Shown here: in pieces, positions 27,169-42,100 of the stretch
How positions within the stretch are numbered: position 1 is the first letter of the stretch
How the letters are laid out: each line of letters opens with the position of its first letter
Assembly (NCBI GenBank): GCA_964016885.1
Contig: OZ024758.1
Location: forward strand, 6,758,001 to 6,822,000
DNA: 64,000 nt
Source: Eledone cirrhosa
Lineage: Eukaryota
Direction: 5' to 3'
Position numbers and translations under genes: made by a program
Notes under the pieces: model-generated
What the model saw: the letters and a program-made list of their open reading frames with translations, nothing else
The model's database searches: none
What the model was told of the DNA's origin: nothing

Positions 27169-30100
27169 CTGTTTTACGTCCATTCTTCCACGCTAGCATG
27201 GGTTAGACTATAGCAATGTGAAATAAAGCATCATACACTAGAAGATAGTGTGCAGCTCGATCAAGATATGAGACCCATGGCCTTACAATGAGTAAAATAT
27301 TACTGTGTCACTCTTTCCATCAGAAATACAGTGAATCAGTGGTTGGCTCACTGGAAAGTTGTAAATCAATGAGGCTCTTGTAAAAAAGGCATTGTGATAT
27401 AAAATAAGTTGAAATAATATGTCTAGCCTGAAAATATAAACCTTCATTATTCCACAGGTATGAATTGAAAAAGTTTCAATGAGAATTAAAGAATTATCAT
27501 CATCACCACCATCACCATCATTTAATGTCTGTTTTCCCTGCTAACAAGGGTTGGATCTCTCAGACAAGGCAAAGGTTGCATCTTGCTTACATATGATCCT
27601 GAACTCAACAAAGTACACTGGGCACATTTTATCATGGTATCAGTGCTAGGAAGATTGTCATGTGTTTGACACATCTAAAGAGTCCTATCAAAAGTTTCTT
27701 TGGCAAGTTTTCTATGGCTGGGTGCTCTTCCTATCACCAACCATTTTACAGACAGTACTGGCTGAATTTTATCATGTCACCAACACAACAGAGGCTGTTG
27801 TGCCCTTAACACAGCTGAAGAGTACTCTCTTTCCTTATAGAATTAATTGTTTAAACTAGTTACCCTTAAGGTCTGGAAGAGCATAGCCTTTTCTCAGAGT
27901 GATCTGGAACACTTCTAAGCTGCTGATGTAAGAAGCCAGTCGTGACAAACTCTGTTTTCCACTGCCTCCTACTCCAATCAACAAGGCATTGCCCTGTGGC
28001 ATTTCAAGGATACGGTTGATTCGGCAGATGTGTATCATGGCGTCTTCAAACAGTACCAGATTCATAACGGCATTCAGTTCATTGTAATTTGCTAGAGCTT
28101 CATTCAAGATTCTCCTCAAGTTTGACCACTCAGTAACACCTAAATATTTTGGTTCTCCAATACCAGTAGCAAAATGACTATATATTAGAGGAGCTTTCAT
28201 TATGGCAGATGCAGCTTGACCCTGCTCAAATGAATAATAAAAAAAATATATATATATATAATAAGAGGATTCAATAAGAGGTTTCATTGGCTAGTATGTG
28301 GTTGGATGTGTCTAAAAATTGCTATCTGCAATGATGTTGTAACGATTTTACTGCTCATATCAGTCAAATGATCAAAATACTGATTTTGAATCTGTCGATA
28401 CAGCGTATTTATACTAAGGTGTACAGATATTAAGATGAATCATAAGATGAAAAGTAAATTGAAATAAGAAGTAATAAAATGAAATAAAATAAAATAAAAA
28501 TATAAATATAAAAATATAAATATAAGTATACAGACGTTAAGATGAAAACTAACGAGAGAAACAATATAATAAAATAGAGTAAAATAAAACAAAAGATATA
28601 AATGTAGAGATTTATATGTCCGATGGGTAATAAAGATGAAAGGGTAAGATAGTAGAAGTAAAGAATGAAAATAATAATAATAATTGTTTCTAGGTTCGGC
28701 ACAAGGCCAGCAATTATCCCAGTATATTACTGGTACTTTAATCTAAAATATTTCAATAATATAATTGTTTCTACTTTTGGCACAAGGCCAGCAATTATCC
28801 CAATACATTACTGGTACTTTATTTTATCGACCCCGTAAGGATGAAAGGCAAAGTTAACCTCGGTGGGATTTGAACTCAGTCTGTAAAGTGCCGTAACAAA
28901 GCATGGCGTCCGACCCTCTACTGATACGGCCAATCCACCGCCCTTTTTAGTAATATAATGAAAGGAAAATCTATTTTTTATTCTGAAATATACATGAAAG
29001 TAAAGTAAAATATTAGAAAAATGATAGTTAATTTAAAGTGAATATTTTTAAGAAAGAAAAATAACTGTCAAAATAATTGCAGTAGTTATCATAGAATTGA
29101 TGTGTCCAAACATGGAAGAGCTGAACCCTGTCATCACCTCCATCTCTCTTGCCCTCCCTATTGCTCTGTATTAGGAGCAAGTTTAAAATGAAATATAAGT
29201 AGAAACATACAATTGTTAAGTAGGACTGAGTTTAAGAGGAATCCAAAGTGGTGTGAGGGGACTGCTGGTACAGACATGTGATGAGCATGGATGATAATCG
29301 CTGGGTAAAGAAATGCCAAGAATTCCCAGTGGAAGGAAGCTGCAATAAAGGTGGGCCAAAGAAGACCTGGGCAGAATTGGTGAGAGTTGAGTTCAAATCA
29401 CTGAGACTCACAGAACATCATCATCATCATCATCATTTAACGTCCATCTTCCATGCTAGCATGGGTTTGACGGTTTTGTCCCACTTGAGGTGAGGATTGG
29501 TCGGGAGACCATGTCTCGCTTGTACAAAACTGTTTCTGGCAGGTTTTCTACGGCTGGATGCCCTTCCTAACACCAACCAGAGCAGATGATGAAGAATGCA
29601 GCATATGAAGAGATGCTGTGCTGAAAAGGATCTGTCCAACCCATGCAGCATATGGAGAGATGCTGTGCTGAAAAGTATCTGTCCAACCCATGCAAGAATG
29701 AAAAATGGACATAAAAACAATGCTTATGATGATGTCTTATACTAAAGAAACATTTGTTTATCAAAACAGAAACTTTTGTAATCAATGATATATCGATAAT
29801 ACCTCAAAAGATTTTGTTAGAATATCCTTCTGAATTTTCAAGAAAGTTTCAATGTCCTGTTCATTTACCAGCTTGTCACAATAAACCCTTTGGGATTCAT
29901 GGGTCCAAAGTCGAATTAAGTCAAAAGTGTTATTACAGCAATATTTGTCAGCAAACAAAATACCCTGAAATAAATATGTAAAAGAAAACAGTGCATATAT
30001 TAGAACCCTCATAAAATTATTCATGAATACTTGAGATGTATAAAACATAATATAGTTTATCACAAATAGAGTTAAAACCAATGTAAGCAGTGTTCAAATG

Positions 30101-33100
30101 AGAAAAATATACATGTATCTATTTACATCTAAATGGTTTGATGTATTTATATACATACAAACACATATACAGTGGAACCTCGTTTTCTGAACTTAATTTG
30201 TTCCTGAAGGCTCATTACCTGAAATGTTTGTAAACCAAACCTATTTTTCTAATAGGAAATGTTGAGAGAGAGAGAGAGAGATCACCGTAGTAACTAACTA
30301 CAAATGTTGAGAGAGAAATACAGTTAGAGAGAGACTGTGAGTGAAAGACAGATAGATATCACCACAGTAAGTAATTACACAGCAAGTGATGCTTTCCCAC
30401 CAATACTCCAAGCTTATTGCCAACCATTGTTGCCAGCTTGTGTGTTTGTTACTTGAGACACCATTCGTGAACCAAGATGTTTTATGCTCAGAAAAATTTG
30501 TGAACTGATTTGTTCATAATGAGAGGATGTTCATGAAGTGAGGTTCCACTGTATTAGATTATGAATTCAAATATTTATTAAGGTAATAGTCACAAGAATA
30601 TATGAAAAATATATGAACCAATTTGTTCATGATGAGAGTTGTTTGTGAACCGAAGTTCCATTGTACATTTATTTTTCTTACCTGAAATATATTGGAAAGA
30701 TCTCTCAAGTTGAAGATATAATGGAATTTAATGGCTGTAGGTAAGAAAGTAGCTGCAACTCTGCTGTGCAAGGACAAACATGCTGTTACAATGTGTGGTG
30801 CAAATTTCTGAACGGGTGTTACAAACTCTGAAGCATCTAAATGCTGGCTTAATATACTGTTATAGATTGTTTTCAGAGAGTCTTCACATGGGAAATTGAT
30901 AGCAAATACACAGAAATGTCTCTGGAATTAAAACAAACACTTTTATCAGCATCCCCAGTATAATCATCATCATTGTCAACATTACTGTCATTAACCTCAT
31001 CACTGTCATAGCTGTCACATCAACATCATTCACATCCATATCAATGTTACTGCATGAGCAAGATGTCGGTCACCTCACCTGACTCGTCTTATAACATGAT
31101 GACCCATCTAACCCATCCAAACATGGAAAGTGGATGTTAAATGGTCATCATCGTCATCATAACACTTTAGGCCCCACTCTGTCACAAATGACCATGGTTT
31201 TGCACTTAGAAAGTTTCCCTCCAAGGCACAAGTCCAGGTATGGTTGTTTGAGGTAGACCAGCAGTCGCCCATACATACCGGCCTCCCCTCTCCATGCTGT
31301 CCAAGGGAAAGGCAATGACTGATACAGCTTGACACCAGTGACATCGCAACTCATTTCTACGGCTGAATAAACTGGAGCAACATGAAATAAAGTGACTTGC
31401 TCAAGGACACAATGCATCAGCTGGTCCAAGAATCAAACTCACAACCTCTCAATTACAAGCCCAATGTGTTAACCACTAAGCCATGTACCTTCACAAACAA
31501 TAACACTGCAATAACAATTACTGTTGATTTATCAAATTCCCATAAGGGCACACATTTATATTGAAAAGGGTATATGAAATTATCTGACCTAACTCTAGTA
31601 CCTGATTGCTATTATTTTGTGAATTTCAAAGGGAGTAAAAGGAAAATGTACTTTTACAGGAAGGATTTGAATTTAGAATGTAGAGAGATAAACTTTAAAC
31701 TCTTTTGATATTAAGCCAGTTGAAGCTGCTATTTCTCCACATTGAGAGATCACAGCTCCAGTATTACAGGCATGTGGTTAGAATGTCTGAGGAAAGAATT
31801 GCTGGACAGATTTTATAGACTAAGTCAACCAGCAGGAGACCCAAAGGTAGACCATGAGCAAGATGGTTAGATAACATTCATGAGCTCAGTTAATCTTGCT
31901 AGGGGATATAGCTGGATCAATTGGTTTCTTCTGATAGGACCCTCTGCAAGGGATGTCTGGGGACTCTGCTCCCCAACAATCCTCTCAGAAATAAGTGAAT
32001 GAAGAAGAAAAGATACTAAATCACCTGAAACCACCCCTGGTTCTATGATATGAAACTGTTTATTTTAAAGTGTTTATATTTATTTAAAAACCTTCCATTA
32101 TAAATTTAAGAAGCTTTGTTAACCCTTTAACATTTACATTATTCTATATATACAATTGTATTTTCACGGTAAAGGCTTTATCTTACATAATATTTACATT
32201 ACTCTATATATACTATTGTATTTTCACGGTAAAGGCTTTACCTCACATAATATTTACATTACTCTATATATACTATTGTATTTTCACGGTAAAGGCTTTA
32301 TCTTACATAATATTTACATTACTCTATATATACTATTGTATTTTCACGGTAAAGGCTTTACCTCACATAATTATCTCACATAATATCGAATCTATGAGAA
32401 TTTGATATTATTTATTTTGAGAACAATACCTTAATTAAATACAGTGAAACATTTAGTGTGTCACTCAACCAGTCCATCTCTTTAACTATTACATTTATTA
32501 TGATTACCATAAATGTGATCGTGTAGGTGTCACGACAAAAAGCATCCAGCCCACACTGTCAATGTGGACATGTAAAAGACACGTCAAAAGGCATCAAGCC
32601 CACACTGTCAATGTGGACATGTAAAAGACACGGCAAAAGGCATCAAGCCCACACTGTCAATGTGGACATGTAAAAGACACGGCAAAAGGTGTCCAGCCCA
32701 CACTGTAAAGTGGACATGTAAAAGACAAGTCAAAAGGCACCCAGCCCACACTGTCAATGTGGACATGTAAAAGACACGTCAAAAGGCACCCAGCCCACAC
32801 TGTCAATGTGGTTGGTGTTAGGAAGGGCATCCAGCCAAAGAAAACCAGCCAGAAACACTCCTATATGAGCGAGACACGGTCACCCAGATCAACTTGCCTC
32901 TAAATGGGACAAACCCGTCTAACCCATGCTAGCGTGGAAGATAGATGTTAAATGATGATGATGATGATGTTGATGATTGCTGCCATCCTTACCTGCAATC
33001 TAGCATCTATTGTGAAGCTACCAGCTGTTGGGTTCATGCAGGCAACATATTGGGTGTTGTGTATATCCTTCAGGGTCAGTTTGGTTCTATCATACCAGTG

Positions 33101-36100
33101 GCTGTAATCTAAATGTTGTCTCAATATTGTATGTGGCTGGACAGTAAAATACTGATCAACCTGAAATGAAAAATAAAAAAGTAATAATATAAGTTTCAAC
33201 TGGATGGAGCTTGTTTTATCGTAGATTGAATGAGTTCCAATATATTTCTGGTATTATTAATATATTTGGCCTTAGAATAATGGTTTCTGGTTTAGACACA
33301 AGGCCAGCAATTTTGGAGGAGGGGAAAGTCAATTAAATCAACCCCAGTGCATTACTGGTACTTTATTTTATCAACCCCGTAAGGATGAAAGGCAAAGTTA
33401 ACATCCACGGGGTTTGAATTTAGTAATTAAAGGAACGTGAGGAAAATGAAGAGAAGATGGTAGAGATCCTGTAGTACATCAGAACAGCTCTATTCATCAT
33501 CATCATCATCATCATTACCATTTTATGTCCATTCTTCCACACTTGCATGGGTTAGACAGGTTGTCCTGTTGTGGGCAATGCCAGGTCAGGTGAGTATGTC
33601 TTGTTCATACAGAACTAATTTTGGCTTGATTTCTGCAGCTGGATGCCCTTCCTAACACCAATGTCATTTACAGTGAGTACTGCGTGCATTTTTACCGTGG
33701 CGCCTACACAACTCTATTATAAGATGTATTAGTGTAGAGGCAGTAGTGAAGGTACATGACCTTGGGATTAGAGCATTGGGCTTGCAATTATAAGGTTGTG
33801 AGTTCGATTCCCAGACTGGGTGATGCATTGTGTCCTTGAGAAAGACACTTTATTTCATGTTGTCCAAGTTCACTCAACTGTAGTAAGGCCTTTGGCTTAC
33901 CATTGGACAATATTGGTGGCACGGAGAGGGGAGACCAGTATGCATGTCTTCCACAAACAACCTAACCCAGACTTGTGCCTCAGAGGGGAACTTTCTAATT
34001 GGAAATCCCATGGTCATTCATGACCAATGTAGGTTTTTACCTATACCCTAGTGAGACTGGGGACATTAATAGAGATCAGGAGAACTAAGGAGAAAATAGG
34101 ACAAAGGAATAAATGAGACAAAATTATAATACTAGAGAATACAACCTATTGTTAATCAAAACATATTACACAAGCTTGCACCTTGGAGACAAACCTTCCA
34201 GGTAGTCATAACTAAAGGGAGTTTTTCATTGCTAGATGAAGCAACAAAGCTGGAACTCCAAAGTCACTGCCACTTGCCTCTTTAGAAAATAAAATTTACA
34301 CTCTGCTTACACATATTGAGTGTTCATTCAATCAATGATCATTAGATCACATACTGTCAAAGTTTTACCTTCAAAGTCATCTTACCTCAGGCATGTTCAT
34401 GTCATCCACAAAATAGATAAGTTGTTTATTTCCTAAAGGTCCATAATTACGACCAGCTTTTTTCTCTAAAGGTTTTTCCAGGATGTCCTGTAGCAAATGA
34501 GATGTTGTGTAGAAATTAAATGGTACACTGACTGTAGCATAGATCTCTGGTAATGATATCAATTTATCCTGCATGAGGACAGATTTCCCACTGCCAGCTG
34601 TTCCAACAAGCATCACAGGTCGTTTGGCAGTGATGAAAATATCCAAGAAGTATCGAATACAAGTAGTTTCTGTTGTTGGCACCAATGTTGCCTAAAACGA
34701 TAGAAACACATTAAAAAGCATCATTATCAAATTTAATACTTTTAATATTAAATGTCATTTTCCATAAATCTTCTTCCATTACAGTAAGAACGTTACTGGT
34801 CTTATTTTTTTCACAAAGTTAGGGAGGTCAGAAGCAGAACCTAATGGCAGGAACCAGTAAAAGGTTAAATAAAGGTTTAAATGAAAGCAAAACATACCCT
34901 AAGAGGAATATCTGGATCAAACTTAAATGGATTTACTCTCTTAGACCAATGTTCAAATTTTTTTGTTTCTTGATCAATAAAATAATCAAATACAGTACCA
35001 TGGACAGGAAATTTTATTGATTTGAATTCAGTAATCCACCATTTTGAAAATTCACTCCTGTAGTCAGCAAGCTGAAATACAAAATAGCAGGATATTTCAA
35101 TCTGGGAACCTCCTGATCCCACCAAAAAACAAATACAAAACATTATCATCATCCTTATAATGATGACAGTGATGGTGGCAATAAGGATGACGATGACATA
35201 GATTTCACTAACTGTTATTAAGTAAAGATGTAACCGTTTAGCATTTATATTACTCTATATTTATTATTATATTTCCATGGTAAAGGCTTTATCTCACATA
35301 ATATCGAATCTATGAGATTTTGATATTATTTATTTTGAGAACAATACCTTAAAGTTGGTATAAAGGGCCAGTTATGGCCGGTTTGAACAGAAAGAGGTGA
35401 GATAATTCTGGCCGGATATGGCCAGTTTAAATGCTAAAGGGTTAAAACAGTTTCTAAGACATCAATGGAAGAGTTTAGTCAAGCAAGAAATAATCAAAGA
35501 ATTTACCTGGTCTTGAAACATGGTACTTCCAAAAGCCCACACACAAGCAAACACAAAATAATACTCATAGACTTCTTTGGTTGAATCTGATGGTACACTC
35601 TTTGGTGTAATTAAACATTCTAGTAAATAACACAACATTTGCACATGGTTAGATTCTGTGATTGGAATAATTTTTTTAAACCGGATTCGCAAAATATCCA
35701 AGCAGGCAGGAACATATTTATCAAAGAGAATTATCAAAATGGCTTTCTCTGTTTGTACTTCTCTAGTATCTACCCAACTTTGAACATAGCTGGAAAATAA
35801 GTAAATGAATTAGTTTTGTTTGAAATTTATAGGTCAATGCAGAGGAAACAAAAATATATAATGTTTATATATGTTAAGTATTTCCGTAGAAAAGGTAAAG
35901 GAAAGAAGAGTGCTCAATATATAGTACAGAGCTATTTAATTACATAATAAACAACACAATATAATTATTCCATTACCAAAGGTTTCAGGAAACTAGACGA
36001 TCCTAACAGAAATATCCAGTACGCTCATTTCATCTGATGAGCGTACTGGAAATTTCTGTTAGGATAGCCTAGTTTCCTGAAACCTTAGGTAATGGATGGA

Positions 36101-39100
36101 AGCTACGGAGTAGGTAAACCCAGAAAAACCTGAGACGACATGAAAATCTGACCTTGCACACTTTCACCTCTCTAAGATAATGTCACTGGATCGAAACCTT
36201 TGGCACTATGCAGTAATACAGAAGTTAAACCTACAGTCAGTAGGCACCTCTTAACCCACTACCCCTACTCCATCCTCCTACTTCCACCCACACCACCCTT
36301 TCTCTGTAAAGTTATGTTGGTATCTCAGTCCACATTGTAAAGTGGTCGTGTAGGTGTCATAACAAAAAGCACTCAGTCCATGCTGTAAAGTGGTCGTGTA
36401 GGTGTCATAACAAAAAGCACCCAGTCCACACTGTAAAGTGGTCGTGTAGGTGTCATAACAAAAAGCACTCAGTCCATGCTGTAAAGTGGTCATGTAGGTG
36501 TCATAACAAAAAGCACCCAGTCCACACTGTAAAGTGGTCGTGTAGGTGTCATAACAAAAAGCACCCAGTCCATGCTGTAAAGTGGTCGTGTAGGTGTCAT
36601 AACAAAAAGCACCCAGTCCACACTGTAAAGTGGTCGTGTAGGTGTCATAACAAAAAGCACCCAGTCCACACTGTAAAGTGGTCGTGTAGGTGTCATAACA
36701 AAAAGCACCCAGTCCACACTGTAAAATGGTCGTGTAGGTGTCATAACAAAAAGCACCCAGTCCACACTGTAAAGTGGTCGTGTAGGTGTCATAACAAAAA
36801 GCACCCAGTCCACACTGTAAAATGGTCGTGTAGGTGTCATAACAAAAAGCACCCAGTCCACACTGTAAAATGGTCGTGTAGGTGTCATAACAAAAAGCAC
36901 CCAGTCCACACTGTAAAGTGGTCGTGTAGGTGTCATAACAAAAACCACCCAGTCCATGCTGTAAAGTGGTCGTGTAGGTGTCATAACAAAAAGCACCCAG
37001 TCCACACTGTAAAGTGGTCGTGTAGGTGTCATAACAAAAAGCACCCAGTCCACACTGTAAAGTGGTCGTGTAGGTGTCATAACAAAAAGCACCCAGTCCA
37101 CACTGTAAAATGGTCGTGTAGGTGTCATAACAAAAAGCACCCAGTCCACACTGTAAAGTGGTCGTGTAGGTGTCATAACAAAAAGCACCCAGTCCACACT
37201 GTAAAATGGTCGTGTAGGTGTCATAACAAAAAGCACCCAGTCCACACTGTAAAGTGGTCGTGTAGGTGTCATAACAAAAACCACCCAGTCCACACTGTAA
37301 AATGGTCGTGTAGGTGTCATAACAAAAAGCACCCAGTCCATGCTGTAAAGTGGTCGTGTAGGTGTCATAACAAAAAGCACCCAGTCCATGCTGTAAAGTG
37401 GTCGTGTAGGTGTCATAACAAAAAGCACCCAGTCCATGCTGTAAAGTGGTTGGTGTTAGGAAGGGCATGCCAGATACAGTCCTGTATGAGCGAGACATGG
37501 TCACCTTACCAATCTTGCCTCAAGTGGGAAAGCTCCCGTCTAACCCATGCTAGCATGGAAGACAGATGTTAAACTATGATGATGATGCTGTTTATTATAT
37601 AATTAATATATATAACAGTATGACTGGTAGTGCACCAGCACGGCGACATCTTGTTGGCTGGAAGACATAACAGAATGTGAAGCAAGTTTTATTCTAAATC
37701 TCAGCAAAGTAAAAAATACTGGTGAACAAAAATAAAATGGCAGCAAAAAAAAGTCACATTTTATTTACAAGGATTGGCTGAAAAGTTCATAGGCTAACCA
37801 TGAAGTAGTGATGCTAGATCTGTGAAATCTCGCATGCATTAATTTCAACTCTTATTAATAATTGCATTGTTTTTTTTTTCTTCCAGGAACTATATTGAAA
37901 AATATACCTCATTTGGTCATTCCCTGAGAGTATCTTGGTCAGCCTATGAACCTTTCAGCTGACCCTTATATTTGATTTTTATCCAATAAATGTAAATTGG
38001 TGTAAAACTATGAGGTGTGAAAATAAACTCACGGGTTCCAGCCAAGATCTTGAGGGTTAATGTAAAGGATCCCTGCCCTAGAAACAGTTGCAGGTGTTGC
38101 TGTTCTCAGGTGACTAATTTCAAACAACAGACGCATAGATGGAGTCAGTGGAATTCTTTCATTACTAGCCAAAGTAAGGATTTTGTTGTCGTCCATCACT
38201 GTATTCAGAGACTCTATCCACATAGGGTCAATGTCACCGTCCAGAACAATCCATTTAGGGCCAGTTCCAGACAGTGTGGCTAAATCTCGCATGATCACAG
38301 AAAAAAGTCCTGCCAAACAAAGATAATGACATTAGTTATAATGGTTTCTGATTTAGGCACAAGGCCAACAATTTAGGGGGAGGGACAAGTTGCCTAAATC
38401 GACCCCACTGCATCACTGGTACTTTATATTACTGACCCTGTGAGAATGAAAGCCAAAGTTAACCTCAGCAGGATTTGAACCCAGAACGCAAAGGGCCATA
38501 ACTCAATGCTGTAAAGCAAGTTGTCCAACGCTCTACCGATTCTGTCAGTTCCCCACCCTCACTTATAAGAATTGTTTCTGATATAGGCACAAGGCCAGCA
38601 ATTTGGGGAGAGTTGGAAAGTGTATTAAATTGACCCCTGTCATTACTGGTACTTTATTTTATCTACACTGTAAGGAGGAAAGGCAAAGCAAACATTTGCA
38701 GGATTTGAACTCAGAACGTAAAGGGGCATAACTCTATGCATAGAGTCCGATGCTCTACCACCACTGCCCACCCGACGCCCTGCCCTCAGTGGTAATAATA
38801 AAATAGATAATGTAAAAAATGACTATGATGACTATTTTAGTTGTTGTTGTTACTGTTGGGTAGCTTCAGTCAGCTCAGTTAAAGCAGGGTAGCAGGCTAT
38901 GTTAGAAGGGTAGCAGGCTATGTTAGAAGGGTAGCAGGCTGTTAGAAGGGTAGCAGGCTATGTAGCTGCTGTCTAGCTCTCCTGAGAGTTCCTTCTCTGA
39001 AGACCTTCTGTTGTCCAGTTCTCCTGAGAGTTTCTTCTCTGAAGACCTTCTGTTGTCCAGCTCTCCTGAGAGTTTCTTCTCTGAAGACCTTCTGGTGTCC

Positions 39101-42100
39101 AGCTCACATGAGAGTTCCTTCTCTGAAGACCTTCTGTTGTCCAGCTCTCCTGAGAGTTTCTTCTCTGAAGACCTTCTGCTGTCTAGCTCTCCTGAGAGTT
39201 TCTTCTCTGAAGACCTTCTGCTGTCCAGCTCGCATGAGAGTTTCTTCTCTGAAGACCCTCTGCTGTCCAACTCTTCTGAGAGTTTCTTCTCTGAAAACCT
39301 TCTGCTGTCCAGCTCACATGAGAGTTCCTTCTCTGAAGACCTTCTTTTGTCCAGCTCTCCTGAGAGTTTCTTCTCTGAAGACCTTCTGCTGTCTAGCTCT
39401 CCTGAGAGCTTCTTCTCTGAAGACCTTCTGCTGTCCAGCTCTCCTGAGAGTTTCTTCTCTGAAGACCTTCTGCTGTCTAGCTCTCCTGAGAGTTTCTTCT
39501 CTGAAGACCTTCTACTGTCCAGCTCGCATGAGAGTTTCTTCTCTGAAGACCCTCTGCTGTCCAACTCTTCTGAGAGTTTCTTCTCTGAAAACCTTCTGCT
39601 GTCCAGCTCGCATGAGAGTTTCTTCTCTGAAAACCTTCTGCTGTCTAGCTCTCCTGAGAGTTCCTTCTCTGAAGACCTTCTGCTGTCCAGCTCTCCTGAG
39701 AGTTTCTTCTCTGAAAACCTTCTGTTGTCTAGCTCTCCTGAGAGTTTCTTCTCTGAAAACCTTCTGCTGTCCAGCTCGCATGAGAGTTTCTTCTCTGAAG
39801 ACCCTCTGCTGTCCAACTCTCCTGAGAGTTTCTTACAACATAAAGAATGTAGTTAAGCATAGATTTATCAAGAAACAGGGCAAGATTAACTTTATTATAT
39901 ATCAGTAGAGTAAAATTAACTGAATGAAAACAGAATTGAAAAGTAAGATTAACTGAACGACATTTACCATCTTTCCATTCTCGTGTAGCTGGGTTGATGA
40001 TGCCAAAAAGTTCATCATTTGTTACTGCTTTGGGATCTAAATCTATGGCGATTGGTTTCAGTTGTAGGTTACGATTTGTCTGCAGCAAACTATTCCAGAC
40101 TTTACTCTTGCCAGTTCCAGGTTTCCCAATAATAAACACTGAATGCCGAACATCAAACAGTTCTTGAAGCTGAACCACCTGTAATTAGATATTTTCATCT
40201 TTATTTTTATTTCATTTTACAGGCAAAAATAAAGCAACAGGAGACTCAGGAGTAGCCCCCAAGCAAGATGGTTGGAAAACATCCATGAGCTTGGTTGGTC
40301 TTACTTGAGGATCCAGCTAGATTAATTGGAGACAGTTACTTCTGTCAGGATCCACTGGTGAGGACTCTGCCCCCATGACCCTCTCAGGAATAAGTGGGAG
40401 AAGAAGATTGGCAGAAGTTAGTAAAAACGTATATATATATATATATCAACAATAAAAAATAATAAATTTAGTAACATTACAAATATATAATAAATACATA
40501 TCTTTAAATATACACATTGTGAATATGTCAAATTTACATATTTCTCCATAGACTGAAAAAATGATGACATTAATATACACTAAAAATATAGTTTTTTTAC
40601 TGATTTGATAAAAAAGAATAAAAATATGTAGTCATGGAATTATTTTATTTAATATTATTTTACTATACACCTAGTTAGTTTTGATGGGTGTATGCTCCGA
40701 TGGATCTATAATAGTAATATACATGAACAACAAAGCATAAACCACTAAACCAAATAAATGCTAGTAATATACTGCATTTGAGTCAATCCATGTTGTTAAG
40801 TTAAAATAGCTTTAGATATAACGTTGAAATAATGGTTTCTGATTTAGGCACTTGGCTAGCAATTTTGGGGGAGGGGAAAGTCAATTAAATCAACCTCAGT
40901 GCATTACTGGTACTTTATTTTATTGACCCTGTAGAGATGAAAGACAAAGCTAACCTCGGTGGGATTTGAACTCAGAACAATACTCATTTGAAATTGATGA
41001 CACTTTCAAGAAATCCATATTAAACTAATACTTACTTTAAGAATGAAACTTTCTTCTGGCTGCAATTTCTGATCTAATATAGCCTGTTTAATATCCTTCT
41101 CAAATTTAACATTGCGTTTTCGAGGCACATCCAAAGCTGGGAAGAGATCACTTATAAGTCCCATGAACACTGGGTAATCATCAGTCACAATTTTAGGTAT
41201 GTTAAAATCTCGTAATGCCCTCATCAGTACCTATCAACAACAAACAGTAGCAAAAACAAGTTTATTTCGAGAAATAGATTTGGTTTAATGCTTGTCTTAG
41301 TTTGATAACATCCATGAGCTTGGCTGGTCTCGGGGATCCAGTCGGATTAATTGGACACGGTTGCTTTTGATAGGACCTGATGGAAGGAGTGTTTCAGGAC
41401 TCTGCCCCCAATGACTCTCTCAAGAAGAAGAAGAAGAAGAAGAAGCAGCAGCAGCTCTTCCCATTGTTTAGTTGTTATTATCATATACAGTATTTACTAA
41501 ACTAAATCTGTAGCAATATGCTAAAGTAGTGAGCTATATAAAATAATTTATGAAAAAAAGTTATAAACTTCCTAAATCTACCTTTTTTTAGGCCTTTTAA
41601 GCCCGGAGGAGCCCATTTCCTGTCTGGGTCTGAGTACAGCAGATTTCTTACCAGAGAATGATAGAAAGTCGTAGAATTGAATTGAAAAAAATAGAGGAAG
41701 TATCAACCCCAGTACTTGACTGGTACATTTTTTTATTGACCTCAAAAGAATGAAAAGCAAAGTTGAACTTGGTGGGATTTGAACTCAGAGGGCAGAGAGC
41801 TGGATCAAATACCACAAACCATTTTATCCAGGTCTGCCTATTCGCTGTCTTGGTTTGGTATTAAAAGGGTTAAAATATGGTAAGATTGATTCCACTGTAG
41901 CTTTGAATAATCTAACATCTGTTTTTGTGGTTTGGTTAGATTTCTACACCTTATCTAATGAGATCATGGCAGACTAATCTGCTGCTATCCTGTTGTTTAT
42001 ATTATAATATAATTGTTTATATCTTATGATATATAAGTATTTTAAACTAACATTATTATACAGTGTACTGTGTATATACACTTTCATATAACATATCTGC

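Noticed and set aside
36278-37504. 408-aa and 315-aa repeat ORFs; CRISPR-like look
   Set aside because: Head-to-tail 48-bp units with no unique spacers and no cas genes, inside a eukaryotic intron.
38923-39908. Long ORFs on both strands
   Set aside because: Stop-free 42-bp unit with no independent gene signals.
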